Source: Camelus ferus
Lineage: Eukaryota
Direction: 5' to 3'
NCBI RefSeq assembly: GCF_009834535.1
Contig: NC_045697.1
Coordinates: 10,170,001-10,234,000 of the forward strand
DNA: 64,000 nt
The notes below the pieces were generated by a model. It ran no database searches. It saw nothing but the letters and a program-made list of their open reading frames with translations, and was not told the origin of the DNA. The position numbers were made by a program, and so were the translations under genes. Every line of letters begins with the position of its first letter. The stretch's first letter is position 1. Below are positions 39,215-52,549 of the stretch, piece by piece.

Positions 39215-40010
39215 CCGTGAAAAGGGAAGACTCTGTTTCAGCCTCTAGTCACACTCGGCACTTCTAGACCACTTCTGTGACCAGTTGGGAGGGTTCCTTC
39301 CTACACTGACCAGTTCTCCACCACCAGCACTACAATTCAGTTCCGACACTACCTGGGGTTAGCACAGAACCCACAGAGGAAGGGCTCAGTCCCACAAGAC
39401 TGCCCCTCCTTCACGTGCCCACCACAGGGTGTGGGTCCCCAGGTTTCTCACACTTCCGTTTGACTCTGCGACAAATCAGGGGTACCCATGACTTCCTCTT
39501 CACGTTCAATAAGTTGCTACAACAGAACATAAAACTGGTTATAGTTACTGGTTTATTCTTTATACAATACAGAATATGATAGAGGATACAGAGGAAGAGA
39601 GGCGTTGGGCAAGGTGTGTGGGAGGGACGTGGAGCTTCCATGCCCCCTCCAGGCACACAGCCCTCCTGGCACATCCACGCATTCACCAGCCAGGAAGCTC
39701 TCTGAACCCCTTCAGTTAGGATTATTATGGAGGCTTCATTATCTAGGCAGGATGGAGTAAATCGTTGCCTTTGGTGATTAATATAATCTCTAGTCCCTCT
39801 CCTGTCCCAGAGGTGAAGGTAGAGAGATGGGGATGTTGGGGGTCCCAGCCGTCTGCTCTCATGCTTGGTTCCCTGGCCACCGGCACCCATCCTGATGCTA
39901 TGCCGAGACTCCCAGGGCTTGAGATGCTGTGCGCCCGGAGGCAGGTTGACAAAGACTCCTCCCCCATGGGGCCATGGCCAGGGTACCAGAGCCGGGACCA
40001 TTTGATTAGC
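39215..40010 (-). mobile_element. ERVL LTR, MER21C-like
   Basis: caattcagttccgacactacctggggttagcacagaacccacag...gggctcagtcccacaagactgcccc; ggagcttccatgccccctccaggc; ttatggaggcttcattatctaggca. Confidence 0.75.
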
Positions 40011-40029
40011 TCCTAGGTGTAGCTCCTTG

Positions 40030-40160
40030 CTTCTTCTTCTTCTTCTCCTCCTTCTTCTTCTCCTCCTCCTTCTTCTCCTCCTCCTCCTTCTTCTTCTTCA
40101 TGGAGGTACTGGGGATTGAACCCAGGACCTCGTGCATGTTAAGCACGCACTTACCCCTCT
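40030..40160 (-). mobile_element. tRNA-derived SINE (vic-1-like) with A-box deletion and (GAA/GAG)n tail
   Basis: ggaggtactggggattgaacccaggacctcgtgcatgttaagcacgcac preceded by (CTT/CTC)n; flanks CTCCTTGCTTC/CTCCTTACTTC. Confidence 0.85.
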
Positions 40161-41328
40161 CCTTACTTCCTCTCTCTCCTGAGTCTCCCTTAGCTCCTTT
40201 TTCCCCTGGAATTGCCTTTCCTCCTGAGAGTACCTGAGGAATCCCCCAGTTCCAATATTTCACACCCAACAAGGCAGGGCAGCCCGAGTCCTGCAGGAGA
40301 GCCCCTCAGGCTGGGAAGGGGGCCTGTGCTTACCTTACTTGGAGGTTGGCTCTCTTTTCATTTGTCATGTTCTGAGTTCCAATTAAATTATCTAAGTTCT
40401 AATTAAAGGCTGAGCTATGGGTAGACTATTGTTTTGTTTCGATGGGTCATTTTGAACCATCTGTGTTCAAAGTATCGGAATTTGTTGGCCATCCCAGGTT
40501 TCTTTTAAAGCAGGCGGCTGGCCAAAGTGTGCGACAGCTGTAACTTTTCATGATAACAATAGTAATAATAATAGTGACCGTGTTCGGTGCGCTCACTCCA
40601 CCAGGCACCTTTCTAGGTGCTTGATGCCAACTAACGTGGCCCGACCAGGGCTGGGGAGGTGATCTTTTCAGGCCCATTTCACAGATGAAGGAGCAGAAGC
40701 GCAGAGAAGTCAGAGCTCTGGCCCGAGACCACATGGCTAGCAAGGCAGGCAGGCTTGTGATGCCGGCGGCCCGCCCCAGGGGCCACCCGCCTGCACCTGA
40801 GTCCTGATGCTTCCCGGGGGAGAAGCACTGCAGCTGCCCCGGCCAGGGGGGAGCTTCGTCACCTGTGGATTTGCTCAGAGGACTCGCTGTTAGACCTCCC
40901 AGAGCCTACCCGGGTCGGGGACAGGGGTTAGCCCCCAGGGGCTGGCTTAGACAGGGCCAGAAGCTGGGAGTCGGCAGGGCCATGGAAGAGGCTTAGGGGA
41001 TCCTGGTTGCACTGCGCCTGCTCGGAGCTGGGAATCGGAGCAGATCCGGCCTCCACCCTGCTCTGATCCACAGGGAGGGCCCTGTGAGGAGGCGGCCGTG
41101 GGGCCAAGCACACAGACCCAGCTCTTCCTTCACGAGGTCAGACCTTGAACATGTTCATCTATCCTCAGGTGCCTCACCTGAAGCCAGGGGGAGATGAAAC
41201 CGTCCTGTAAGATGACTCAAGGCTTTTTTTTTTTTTTTTTTTTTTTGAGAATTGAGGGGATAACATGACTGAAGTGCCTGTGTTGTGACTAGCACATAGC
41301 AGGGGATCAAAACTAATAACTTCTAGAT

Positions 41329-41520
41329 GGGGAGAGCATAGCTCAGTGGTAGAGTGCGTGCTGAAGCATGTCTGAGTTCCTGGGTTCAAGCCCCAGTACC
41401 TCCATTAAATAAATAAACCTAATTACCTCCCCCTCCAAAAACAAACAAAAACCAAAATGGTAAAAAAAAATTTTTTTAATTAAAAAAATAAAGGTTGCAC
41501 TCCATCTATAATAATAATAA
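41329..41520 (+). mobile_element. tRNA-derived SINE (vic-1-like)
   Basis: ggggagagcatagctcagtggtagagtgcgtgc...gggttcaagccccagtacctccattaaataaataaacctaattacctcccc; flanks TAATAACTTCTAG/TAACAACTTCTAG. Confidence 0.92.
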
Positions 41521-42983
41521 TAACAACTTCTAGTGCCATTGCTGTTATTCTTGTTACTGCTTAGAGAATGGTCACCAGAGCAGGTGAATTCACTCCAGAC
41601 ACACAGGAAGAAAACATCAAGATTTCTACTTACGTGTATTTTCACTCTCATCCTTTCCTGGTTTAATTCTGTACGTGCAGTAGTACATGCATTTACTGGC
41701 CGAGTGCCCAGGAATGTTTTGACGACAAGTTCTGAAGACCACTGGGATAGTGGTGGTGTGGTGTCTAGACATGTGAACGGAGGGGTGGGGGACAGAAAAA
41801 AGAGTAAAGCTATTGTTTGCTCCTCATTTTCTGCGGACCTAGAGATAGGTTTTTCTAGGAATCCTGGGAACAATATTAGTTGTGTTTTGCAGATGGGTCT
41901 GGGGTGCAGTGTGCCCAAACGGCCACACACTGGAAAATGAGCAGATTCGGGGTTTGGTGTGGTTTCGAGTGAGATCATTATAAAACTGGATTAAGTCTCT
42001 CAACTGTCATGGTCAATTCCCAAACGACCTGACCCTCAGGTCAGCATCTGCTGGCTCTCCCGTAGCCCACTGTGCCAAAGAGCGGCCCACACGTGCTTTT
42101 AGAATCGGGAATCTGCTCCATCACTCCCAGTGCAGGGCCTTCAGTGATCCCAGCCTCTGGACCAGAACCCAAGCTCCTCCAAGACCTGCCAGCCTCCGCC
42201 TCCCACCGCCGCACCACTGCACTCCCGTGTTTCTCCATTTCCCACTCCGTCGCGCACGCTCTTCTCTTGGGCAGACACACACACTTGTCCCATCACCTTC
42301 CCTCTCCACCTTCAGCTGTCTGCAAATGTAAGGGCCTTTCTCCACTGCTGTGGCTCCAGTCTGTCGCCCGCCCGCCCTGAGTTACTCTCACCGCTGTGTT
42401 CTCTTCACCTCACCTATTGCTCTCTGTCTCTGACATTTTGTCCAGTCCTTCGCCTACGGCTGCTGCCTGTCCTCCCACTGAGTCCGCAAAGCGCCGGGCA
42501 CGGGGAGGCTCTCTGCAAAGATCTGTCCATGAACCAATCAAAGAGTGAGGGAATATGTGAGGTCACAGTCACATTGCCTCACATAAAGCTTTTTAATTTA
42601 CAAAGCACTTTGTCATGCATTACCTCGTTTAAATCTCCCAAGAACCCAGTGAAATAGATATTATCACCCTTTTCTCATCTCCTGGTCCAAATGCATTCCA
42701 CTAAAGAGCAGAGTCGCTCCTTCGATTTGAGAATCCCCTCCTCCCAGTGTATGAGCCCCACGGGTCGGTTAGGTGTTAAGTTCTTTCATGATCCTACAAC
42801 AGGATTCTGTGGGTAAACACATGCATCTCTTCCTTGGTTCTGCTTCTAGAAATCAGCTTGAAGCATTTGAAGCTTCCAAGCACATAACTAAAATCTGCAG
42901 GTGTGGTTTTAATTCACCAGATTGCGGTCTGAAATGCTTAGGTGGGCACTAACGTGGCTCGCATTTATTGGTGAACTGTCTAG

Positions 42984-43120
42984 TGCCTACGTATAAAAAG
43001 CTTCCTGAGAACGTGCAGCCCAGATACCTGGAAGACGAGGGCCTTTACATCGGGGCGAGGCCAGAGGTGCCGCAAACCAACCAGAACATCATGGAGAACA
43101 GGCTGCTGACTCAGGAGCCG
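42984..43120 (+). CDS. CC2D2A: CC2D2A coding exon 9 ([46 protein letters not shown])
   Basis: TAG acceptor, GTGAGC donor, 137 nt. Confidence 0.97.
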
Positions 43121-43588
43121 GTGAGCACTCAGCCCCTGCTCCCAGTGCAGCCCGTGAGGGACTCGCAGAGGCTTTTCCCTGAGGGACCGTCACTGCAACC
43201 TGGTACTCCTTTCCTCCTGAGGGTGTCTACGGAGTGGGTCCATTTTTTTTTTTTTTTTTTTTTTTGGTCCTCAGTACGTTTAGTGATCCTCAAGCAACAC
43301 AACCCTCTCCACTGCTCCAGTCCCATCTTCTGGAAGCTAGATTCAGGCTCCTCCTGCTAAATCAGATATTGGCAGCCTTTTCCCAACTCACAGAAAATTC
43401 TTAATTGTCCAAAGGTGGAATGTTCTCAATTGTTTTTCTCCATGGTTCTCTTTCTTAAATTTTTGATGAATAAATAATCCATTTTTCTTAAGCACTCATT
43501 TAAGCTTTTTCTTAAACTTCTTTTGGTGGGGAGGGGGTTGAAGACTATACCTTAAATTAATTGTGAGAAGCATTAGTGAAGACTCAAC

Positions 43589-44126
43589 TTTTTTTTTTTT
43601 CTACTGAAGTTCAGTCAGTTACAATGTGTCAGTTTCTGGTGTGCCGCACAATGTCCCAGTCGTGCATATACATACATATATTCATTTTCATATTTTTCCA
43701 TTAAAAGTTATTATGAGGTATTGAACATCATTCCCCGTGTTATACAAAAGAAACTTTTTAAAATCTATTTTTATATATCGTGGCTAATATTTGTAAATCT
43801 CAAGCTCCCAAACTTACCTCTTCCCACCCCCTTTCCCCAGTAACCATGACTGTTTACGACATCTGCAAGTCTGTTTCTATTTTGTAGCTGAATTCATACT
43901 GCCTGTTTTCTCTTTTTTCAGATTCCACACTTGAATGATCTCATGTGGTATTTTTCTTTCTCTTTCTGGCTTACTTCACTTATAATGATGTTCTCCAGGT
44001 CCATCCATGTTGCTGCAAATGGCATTATTTTATTCTTTTTTATGGCTGAGTAGTTTTCTATTGTATAAATACACCACAGCTTCTTTATCCAGTCATCTGT
44101 CAATGGACATTTAGGTTGCTTCCATG
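43589..44126 (-). mobile_element. 5'-truncated, relatively young L1 with poly(A) and TSD
   Basis: Poly(T) at 43589-43600; minus ORF DDWIKKLWCIYTIENYSAIKKNKIMPFAATWMDLENIIISEVSQKEK matches the L1 ORF2 C-terminus; flanks GAAGACTCAACTT/GAAGACTCAGTTT. Confidence 0.92.
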
Positions 44127-44188
44127 GAAGACTCAGTTTCTGATGGAAATAGAGACTTTACAAGCAGGGGTAGGGAGGAGGTGCGTGA

Positions 44189-44440
<252 letters not shown>

Positions 44441-44877
44441 TGAAAGTACTTTGCTTTTTGAATAGCTTGGAGTGGTGAATTTGCAGCACTCTAGAACATC
44501 TTGTTTTAAATAATTCACTATCTTACACATAGAGAACAAACAGCAGGCATATTACATGTAAGTGTGTCTCCTGCCCTCACCTAATCCCGTCTTTAACAAG
44601 GAATGAGTTTCTCTGGGAGGAATGGCTAAGTCAGCATCTTTTTTCACATTCCCTTAGTGAGCAGCCCTTATTTTTCCTCTTCTCTCTCCGTCATCTCATA
44701 TACTGCAGGATGACTTCCCACACACTGTCTCTTTATTATATAACGGGAGATTTTCTGTCCTCGCAAATCCTTTTTATGGTAATTTCCTCAGCTCAGGTAC
44801 CACGCTGCCTGATTTAAGCCCCAGCTCGGCCACTCACTGGGTGAACTTGCCCTCCACCCCTCTGTGCCGTAATTTCT

Positions 44878-45164
44878 TTCTCTCTTTCTTTTCTATTTTT
44901 AATTGAGGTATAGTCAGTTTTCAATGTTATGTCCATTTCTGGTGTACAGCATAATGTTTCAGTCATACATATATATACATATATTCCTTTTCATATTCTT
45001 TTTCATTATAGGTTACTAAAAGGTATTGAATAGAGTTCCCTGTGCTATACAGTAGAAACTTGTTGTTTATCTATTTTATATATAGTAGTTAGTATCTGCA
45101 AATCTTGAACTCCCAATTTATCCCTCCCCACTCCCTTTCCCCCTGGTAACCGTAAGTCTGTTGC
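44878..45164 (-). mobile_element. Short L1 3' end inserted into a MIR
   Basis: aattgaggtatagtcagtt...gttccctgtgctatacagtag...cccctggtaaccgtaag; the MIR core is split (ctctgtgccgtAATTTCTT | AATTTCTTcatctgtaaaatg). Confidence 0.85.
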
Positions 45165-48100
45165 AATTTCTTCATCTGTAAAATGAACATCATATTAGCA
45201 TCTGCCTCCTAGGATTGTTGTGCAGACTGGTTGAGATAGCACATAAAATGTCTTCGAACAGAGCTCAGTTGAGTGCTGGCTGGTGTCGAATAGACAGTCA
45301 CCTGCCTTCACGATGGATTGCCTTGCTCTTGCTTTCCTGAAGTGTCAAGCAAGGATCACCTCCTTCAGAAACCCGTGTAATCATGGATTTGTAACATTCC
45401 AACACTGCTCAAGTAAGACAGGATGAGGGAATGTAATGATTCTATACAGCTACAAGTGGGGTGATGAACAGAGAAGACAGTGGTGCAAGTCAGAGAATCT
45501 GAGCAGAGTCAGGAAGGCCTACCAGGTGGTGGCTTCAGGCCTCTCCCTTTACATCTCTGGACCTGTTTCCTTCATTGAAAAATCCTCCTCCTCATCATCT
45601 CTACCTCATACCATTGTGAGTATTGAGATGATGTGATTTAATTGTGCATTTCTATAAAATATTATTGCAAACAAATATTGATGAATGGCTACCTTGTGCA
45701 GAAATGTGACCCTGGGAGTAGATTTACAGAACAAGCATAAACCTAAGTCCCAGTTCGTGAGGGATTTATCATCTATTGGCTTATATGACAAAGATACATG
45801 ATATAATTAGTGATCGAGATAGTATCAACTTATGCATATATTGAATAATCCATCAGTTTATCTCTTCACCCATCCATCCATTTCAGCATAAAACACTGAT
45901 ATAATGAAGCACTAAATTATGGGTTAAAATTAGAAAATAGCAGGATAATTACTGTGGAAAGTAGGATCTTGAAAGAGCCAATTAATCTTATGTCTCCTGC
46001 GGAAGTTCTGAGCTGACTGGGAAGTGCACAGGAATCAGAGAGGGAGGCAGATTTCAGTTGCCCTAAGGGTGAACATGGACAAGGGAATGCCAGTGGGACC
46101 CAAGGCCAGTTGGGCTTCCTGCTCTCTCTGCAGTGAATTATGTCCCCCCCGCAATCCAAGTTCACCGGGTGAGCCACCGGTTACTTTGTCCAGCAAAGAA
46201 CCTGGACCAAGGGCTCTCAGGCTCCAGCCGACTCTCCAGTCACATTCCTCCTGTTCTTCTGGGGATGGAGGCAGTGGGGTAGGAGAGTGCGGAGAGCACA
46301 GGGGGTTTCCTCCCAGGATTCTGAGAAGGGAGAGCTTCCTATCTTGTGGGCAGAAATAGGACAGTAGAGGAAGAGGATAGTTCCACTAAGAGGAGCCGGT
46401 CACCCTGCATGAAAGAGCGGAAGAAGTGAGTGAAGGGAGAGACCTAACGGGGCTGATGCCTCCCAGGGTCGTTTTACAGAGGTTTAGGCTTTGAACACAG
46501 CAGAGCACGGAGAAGCCGTGCAGGTGCCTAGGAGGGAAGCAAAGCGCTTAATCAGAGGGCCGCGATGCTATGCTTACCTCTTTGTTTCTCCAGAACAGGT
46601 TGCCTATTCATTGCACTGTTGATTTGTATACCTCAGTCTTTTTTTTTTTAATGTGGTCATGGAACCCTCTGGTGATTCAAAACACATTGCATTTCTTTCA
46701 GAATTAGTATTTTTACAATTTTATTTATCTACTGACTTTTACCTTTTCTTACGTTTATTCATGTCTGTCTGATGCCAAGCCCATTTTTCCCCACTGGTCC
46801 ATGTCATAGGCTTGCCTTTAAGAAACAGGAAACAGTGTTAACTTCATACGGCCTGTGTTTTCAATCTAATGTCCAAACGTATCTTACATCTGGGAGTTTG
46901 GAGACGATGCAGGAGCAGAGAAATTGATAAACAGGCAGAGATGGCTTTATTCATAGATTGTTCATCCATCTGCTCTCTCCCTCCTCCAAGACCCTGAGAG
47001 TAACCAGGGGCAAATACTGTTTTGTTCCTCTTCTAACCCTAGCGTTTAGCAGGAAGCCTGGCACGTAGTACACTTCAACAAAAGTGTGAATTGAGTATCA
47101 TTTAAATGATTCAGCTGAGCTGAATGAATCTAGAAGAAATTCCTTATTTTCTACTCCTTTCCTTAACTTGGCTGTCTCTCCTGTAAAACTGTAGCTGACC
47201 TAGCACCTGGCTGAATCCTGGCAAGTAATGGAAAACCTAGTCAGCGTGCTCCATCAGGTACTGGAAATTCCTGGAGCCGTCAATGGAGCCTTGATGAATC
47301 ACACCTCAGAGTTCCCAGGTCTGATAATTAATCAGATTAATCCCAGCAGGATTAACCAAACCCATCCCTGACTGGAGTCAAACTTGATTGTTCTTTGATT
47401 CAAAACGCTAGACTGCCGATTCAGATGCCAGATTGCATGCCCTCCCATTAGATAAATTAGGAGGTTTATTTAGAAGGAAGTTGACAAATACCAACTTCTT
47501 CATTGAACGTTTTCCTTAATTGCAGAGGGAAAAAAGTAGTTTTTAAAAGTGAAACATTCTGCTGCTTCTAAATTGAGAGTCTTTTTTAAAGCCCATTAAA
47601 GATAGAGAAACGCAAAAAGAAATTAGATATCGTGCAAAGAACAAAGGTAAACTTCCAATGAGAAAGATTGCAATTTAGTATCTCTCAAGAAGTAAGTAAC
47701 CCAAAACTAAAAATTAAAACTGCCAAATAGGACATTGCAGGCAGAACGTAAACAACATTATGCAGTTTGCCTTAGCGTGTTGGCAAAGGAGGTTTAGGGT
47801 TAACACCTCTGACAGTTTTGGTTTTCAGTTTTCAGCTGAAGACTGAGGGATCAAATCAGTTTCAAAATTAAAACAACACACCCTATAAATACTGTTTATT
47901 CTTGGAGAAATTGTTGCTACTGTCGTCATGACAGTTTTCAGTGTGCGAGAAAAGAGAGCAGATACAACAGAACGAAAGACAAGGAACGAGGGGTCTTACT
48001 CCCTAAAAGGAAGGGAGTTGGGGTGTTTTGAGCAGCCTAACCCAGTGATCACCAGGAGTCCTGGGGGCTTTTTACACTTGGTTGAGCTGAGCTCAGGACA

Positions 48101-50456
48101 GAGACAACCCGCAATCCGTTACACGTGGGCTCATGCAGGTTTGGGGAAGGAGACGCGAAGTGCAGCTGGCCTAGGTCACCCTACGTGTAAATGGAGCCAT
48201 GCTACCGACGCTACGTACTCATACCGACAAGAGTACAGGCTGGAACCTGAGGGCAACACCCTCAGTGACCTCAGAACTCTGGAACCTGAGTAAGAGAAAA
48301 GGCCAAAGCCAGAGCCAGCAGGGGCCAAGCAATTAGAGTGGAATTTTCCATTAAGTCTGTACATTGAGGTTTAGTTGTACCTGTCTTTGTGAGGTGGGAA
48401 TTTTTTAATTTGTCCAGGTGGTCAGGGTGATCATCAGACACACAGTCGACACATGCAGATTGAAAACTTCCAATACGAATGCAGTTATAACTGAATACTT
48501 TTACCTGAATGAAAGAGAAAAGAGATGGGCGGTCTGAAGTGTGAGGATGTTAGTGTCAGAACTAGTGCTTTCGTAAGTTAGGAAATGCCGGTGGAATATG
48601 ACCCCTGTAGGTATGGTCTTGCCTCCCTGTAAATCCAAATGAGAGTCAGGTCAGCACATTTCAGAAGGTTCTGAGGTGTGTCAGTCCGTTCCTATTCGAG
48701 CCTGCCATATCTGTAAACACATCCCAGTTGTAGAAGAACATTTTTAAAATATACAAAAATCTCTAGATCTTCTCATCAAAGACAGACGGAAGTGTTGTTT
48801 TATGGGAGAAAACTTGTTATTTTATGAAAATATAGGCTACCCTGGACTGCAGTCCTGTAGGAAATCACAGGACAGCACAACACAACAACACATTTACTGG
48901 TAAACAAAGACTCACATGTATGTGCTTTCCTGAAAATGCAAATATAGGTGCCATTTCAATGACTAGTAGTAACTGAAAAGCAGATCACACCATATATCAA
49001 AGGTGAATGTATTTCCGTACATATACATACACACTCACACACACAGTCTGGACCTCCCTTTTCCGTCCCCAAGCTGATCGAGGATTCTAACTCTGAAGCC
49101 CCCTCTTCCGGGTTCCCACCCCTCCCTCTACACATCTCAGGCTTTATCCTTCCTGCCCCACATTATAAAGATCAGATCACAGGTCCCCCCTCTAAATCTG
49201 TCGCTGCTTAGAAACAGGACCATCACACTGTAGACAACCAACCACTCGTCTCTGTGGCGTGAATGAGATGACACATGTGAAGTGCTTCACGTGATGCCTA
49301 GCGACCCGCAAGGTGCCCGCGGGAAGCTCTTCCTCCACCTCCCATTTCTACGTTAGAGAGACAGAGGCACGGACATGCGCAGTGACTGGCCCAAGGCTCC
49401 AGAGCAAGTTAGAGGCAGAGCCAGAGCCAGAATCCCAGCTTCCCGGCCCCAGTGCAGCATTTTCACGTGGCACCGTGAAGAAGATTAAATGGTGAGATCA
49501 CTGAACACGTTACCCACAGTTTGTGAAGGGTAGAAGTTTCACCTCTGACCAGAGTAGTTGCAACTTCCATTTAACCTCGTAACTTGTAAGTAATGCTTTC
49601 GGGCTGCACAATCTTACACTGTCATCTTCCAGGTAACATGAGATAGCTTCCCAAGCTCCTCTCTGCAAACAGGGAGGATCGCATCCTCTTGGTGTCTGTG
49701 ATGAGGAGAGAACACGGAGACAAAGGAAAAAAAGACACCTTGGAGCTCCCCAGCCTCAAAAACTAGACTCCCCAGGAACAGCAGAGATCAACATAGAATA
49801 TCTTGATGACTTTAAGGAAGAAAAATGGAGATTTATCTGACACGCTGTACACCAAGCAATCCAGGAAAGTCCCGGTGGAAATTTCCACTCCCATTTTCTG
49901 CACACTCAGCAGCTCCATGTCCCTCTCCCTGTTGCTCTGCAGGCGGGTTTTCCTCTTCCCCAGGAAAACTCGGTGTCAGCAGGAAGCTCGGTGCAGTAAA
50001 TTAGTCCCTGGCTGTTGTCTACACACTAAAAACTTCTCCACATAGAGAATATATCTATGATCCAAATAATGATCAGTTTGGACTAGAATCTATGCTTCTC
50101 TCATTAAAAGAATTTCAAGGTCATCAGCTGCAAAACCCAAGATTTCCAAGAAATGGGACAGTCACATGAGAAAGATGAGGACTGTCACTCAGTAGAGATA
50201 AACTCCAAAACACCTAGGAAAGCAAGGTGGAAATGGTTTCTTTTCTCACTCCTTGCCTTCTGTTTCACTTTTCAAGTGTTCAGAAAAGAGCAGCCCCTGA
50301 AAACAGCAGGGAACAGGGAAGGGAGCATCGTTCTCCTGGCTTGATCAGGGCAGGAGGTATTGTGCATCTGACTTTTCCCACTGCACATTAGCTCAGTGTC
50401 TCGTAAGGGTTTAACTGTGTCTCCCCCCACCCCCTCTACTCTGCTCTCCTCGGCAG

Positions 50457-50666
50457 GCAGTAAAATACATCCACAGAAGTCAGCATATGATTGGATCTGG
50501 AGACCCTCCTGGAAATTTCCAACTGGACATTGATATTTCAGGGCTCATCTTCACACATCATCCCTGTTTCAGCCGAGAGCATGTTTTGGCAGCCAAGCTG
50601 GCCCAGTTATACGACCAGTACCTTGCAAGACGCCAGAGAAACAAGGCAAAATTTCTTACTGATAAG
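50457..50666 (+). CDS. CC2D2A: CC2D2A coding exon 11 ([70 protein letters not shown])
   Basis: CAG acceptor (50454-50456), GTACCT donor, 210 nt; near-identical to human. Confidence 0.98.
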
Positions 50667-51625
50667 GTACCTGTGATCTCTTCCACGCCGGTTGTGATGG
50701 GGTTGGTTCATCTGAGGAGCCCAAATAACAAAAATAGCTTCCAGCAGCAAATGCTCAGCAAACGCCTTTCTCGCTTCCTCTGTCTAGAATGTGCTATGTT
50801 GTCCTCCCTAGAGGCAAAAGAAAGGATACAACAGTGTTTAACGTGTGCAAATTCAGTGGCATACACTTGGCTTAAAGAAAGATTTGTGCAAACAGACAAG
50901 TGATCTCACCCACCAGGAGTGGGTGTTGGGTGGAAGGTACGGGGCTGTGTCTTGCTTAACGTGATCTCAGGTGCTGAGACCGCTCATGGCTTGAGAACCT
51001 TTCTGCCCTTAGAGATACTCTCATTATGTGTAATTTCCCCTAACGTGGTACCTAGACACAAGTCAGTTGTTTCAGCTGACGCTCAAAGAAATGGCTGTCC
51101 ATCTTGGATTTACTTCTAACGTGATCGTACCCCGTGGGAGTTCCATGGGTAGTTTTGACTGTAGGCAATTTTAGTCTTATGCTCTGACTTTAAAACCTCA
51201 CTGCCCAAACAAGAGATAACTCCACAGTACCTCCTCTTACGAGTCTATAATTTAATGCTTCCTTTATATCACAAGAATATCACTGTATGTCCAGGTCCCA
51301 GAAAGGCCCCCTCTCTACCTTGAAAGAAAACTTATTTCTGAGATGCTAGAGTAAAAATAGCATTTATCGCGAGCAGCTGGATCTGGGCCACAGAACAAGG
51401 ATGGACACACACTGTTACTTATTATTCCTTCTTTTTTTAAAGAATAGAAGCAAAAGATCCCTGTCAAAGTTAACTTTGGTGAAAGCATGGAGACAGCTGG
51501 ATGCTTGAACATGCATTTAGTTTTCTGGCAGCATTGGTCCTGGAGAAGTGGGTGCGTCCAAGAACATTGTTTGTAGTAAGGAGTAGGACTTCTAACTCAA
51601 AATGGGTATCCATATTTTTTTTCAG

Positions 51626-51732
51626 CTCCAAGCTCTAAGAAATGCTGTTCAGATGGGACTTCATCCAGCAAAATCTCCTAAGTCTCTGGAAACAACCCCA
51701 AAAGCCATCAATGAATATAAATCTGAAATTCG
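51626..51732 (+). CDS. CC2D2A: CC2D2A coding exon 12 ([36 protein letters not shown])
   Basis: CAG acceptor, GTGAGT donor, 107 nt. Confidence 0.96.
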
Positions 51733-52385
51733 GTGAGTGAAGTCTGTAATTGTAACTACTGCTTTTTTTTTTTCCCTGTCCTTGTTGAGAGTTTATTTTC
51801 CAGAGTTCTTCTGAATGCACTGAATACATGTGAAATTAAGCCAAATGAAATGATAATGAGACGTCCATCAAATTAACACCAAAGTTGAATGAGGACATGG
51901 CGGTTCGGGGGTTAGGGTAACTTGAACTCTCTGCTGGTATAAACAGAGAGGAGAGAAGAGTTGAAAATTCCCACAGTCTAGGACCCAGAAATTCTGCTTC
52001 GGACACGTGTACACTGCTTCAGACATGTGTGCACAGGCCCACTGGTGGATTTCACAGCATCACTTACAAAGCTAGAAATAACCCCAAACCAGAATGAACA
52101 CATCAGCTTTAATCTTATAATGAACGTCCATACCACAGTTAAAATGACTCAATTAGAGCTGCATATATCCTGGGTGAAATCATGTTGAATAACAAAATCC
52201 AGCTGTAAGAGGATTCGTGCTCTGGCATGGGTGACAAGATCTAAACAGCACGTGAAACAATACTCGTGTTCCAGGTACACGCATGTGTGGTACATACGGA
52301 TGGAAAAGACACACATGCCAGTTTCTTCCTCCGAGGAGTGAGAGAAGGGAATGGAATGGGAGAGAGCTTCAAAAGTAACCCTAAA

Positions 52386-52549
52386 GGGGAGGGTAAAGCT
52401 CAGTGGTAGAGCGCACGCTTAGCATGCATGAGGTCCTGGGTTCAATCCTCGGTACCGCTATTAAAATAAATAAGTAAATGAACCTAATTACCTCCCCCAA
52501 AACAAAAACAAACAAACAAAAAATAAATAGATAAATAAACTATTTTTTA
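52386..52549 (+). mobile_element. tRNA-derived SINE (vic-1-like) with 14-bp TSD, inside an old L1 remnant
   Basis: ggggagggtaaagctcagtggtagagcgcacgcttagcatgcatgaggtcctgggttcaatcc; AAAAGTAACCCTAA (52371-52384) / AAAAGTAACTCTAA (52550-52563). Confidence 0.93.

Noticed and set aside
41329..41402. tRNA genes (also 52386, 63437)
   Set aside because: The tRNA-like heads are followed by SINE tails and TSDs and differ between copies; they are SINEs.
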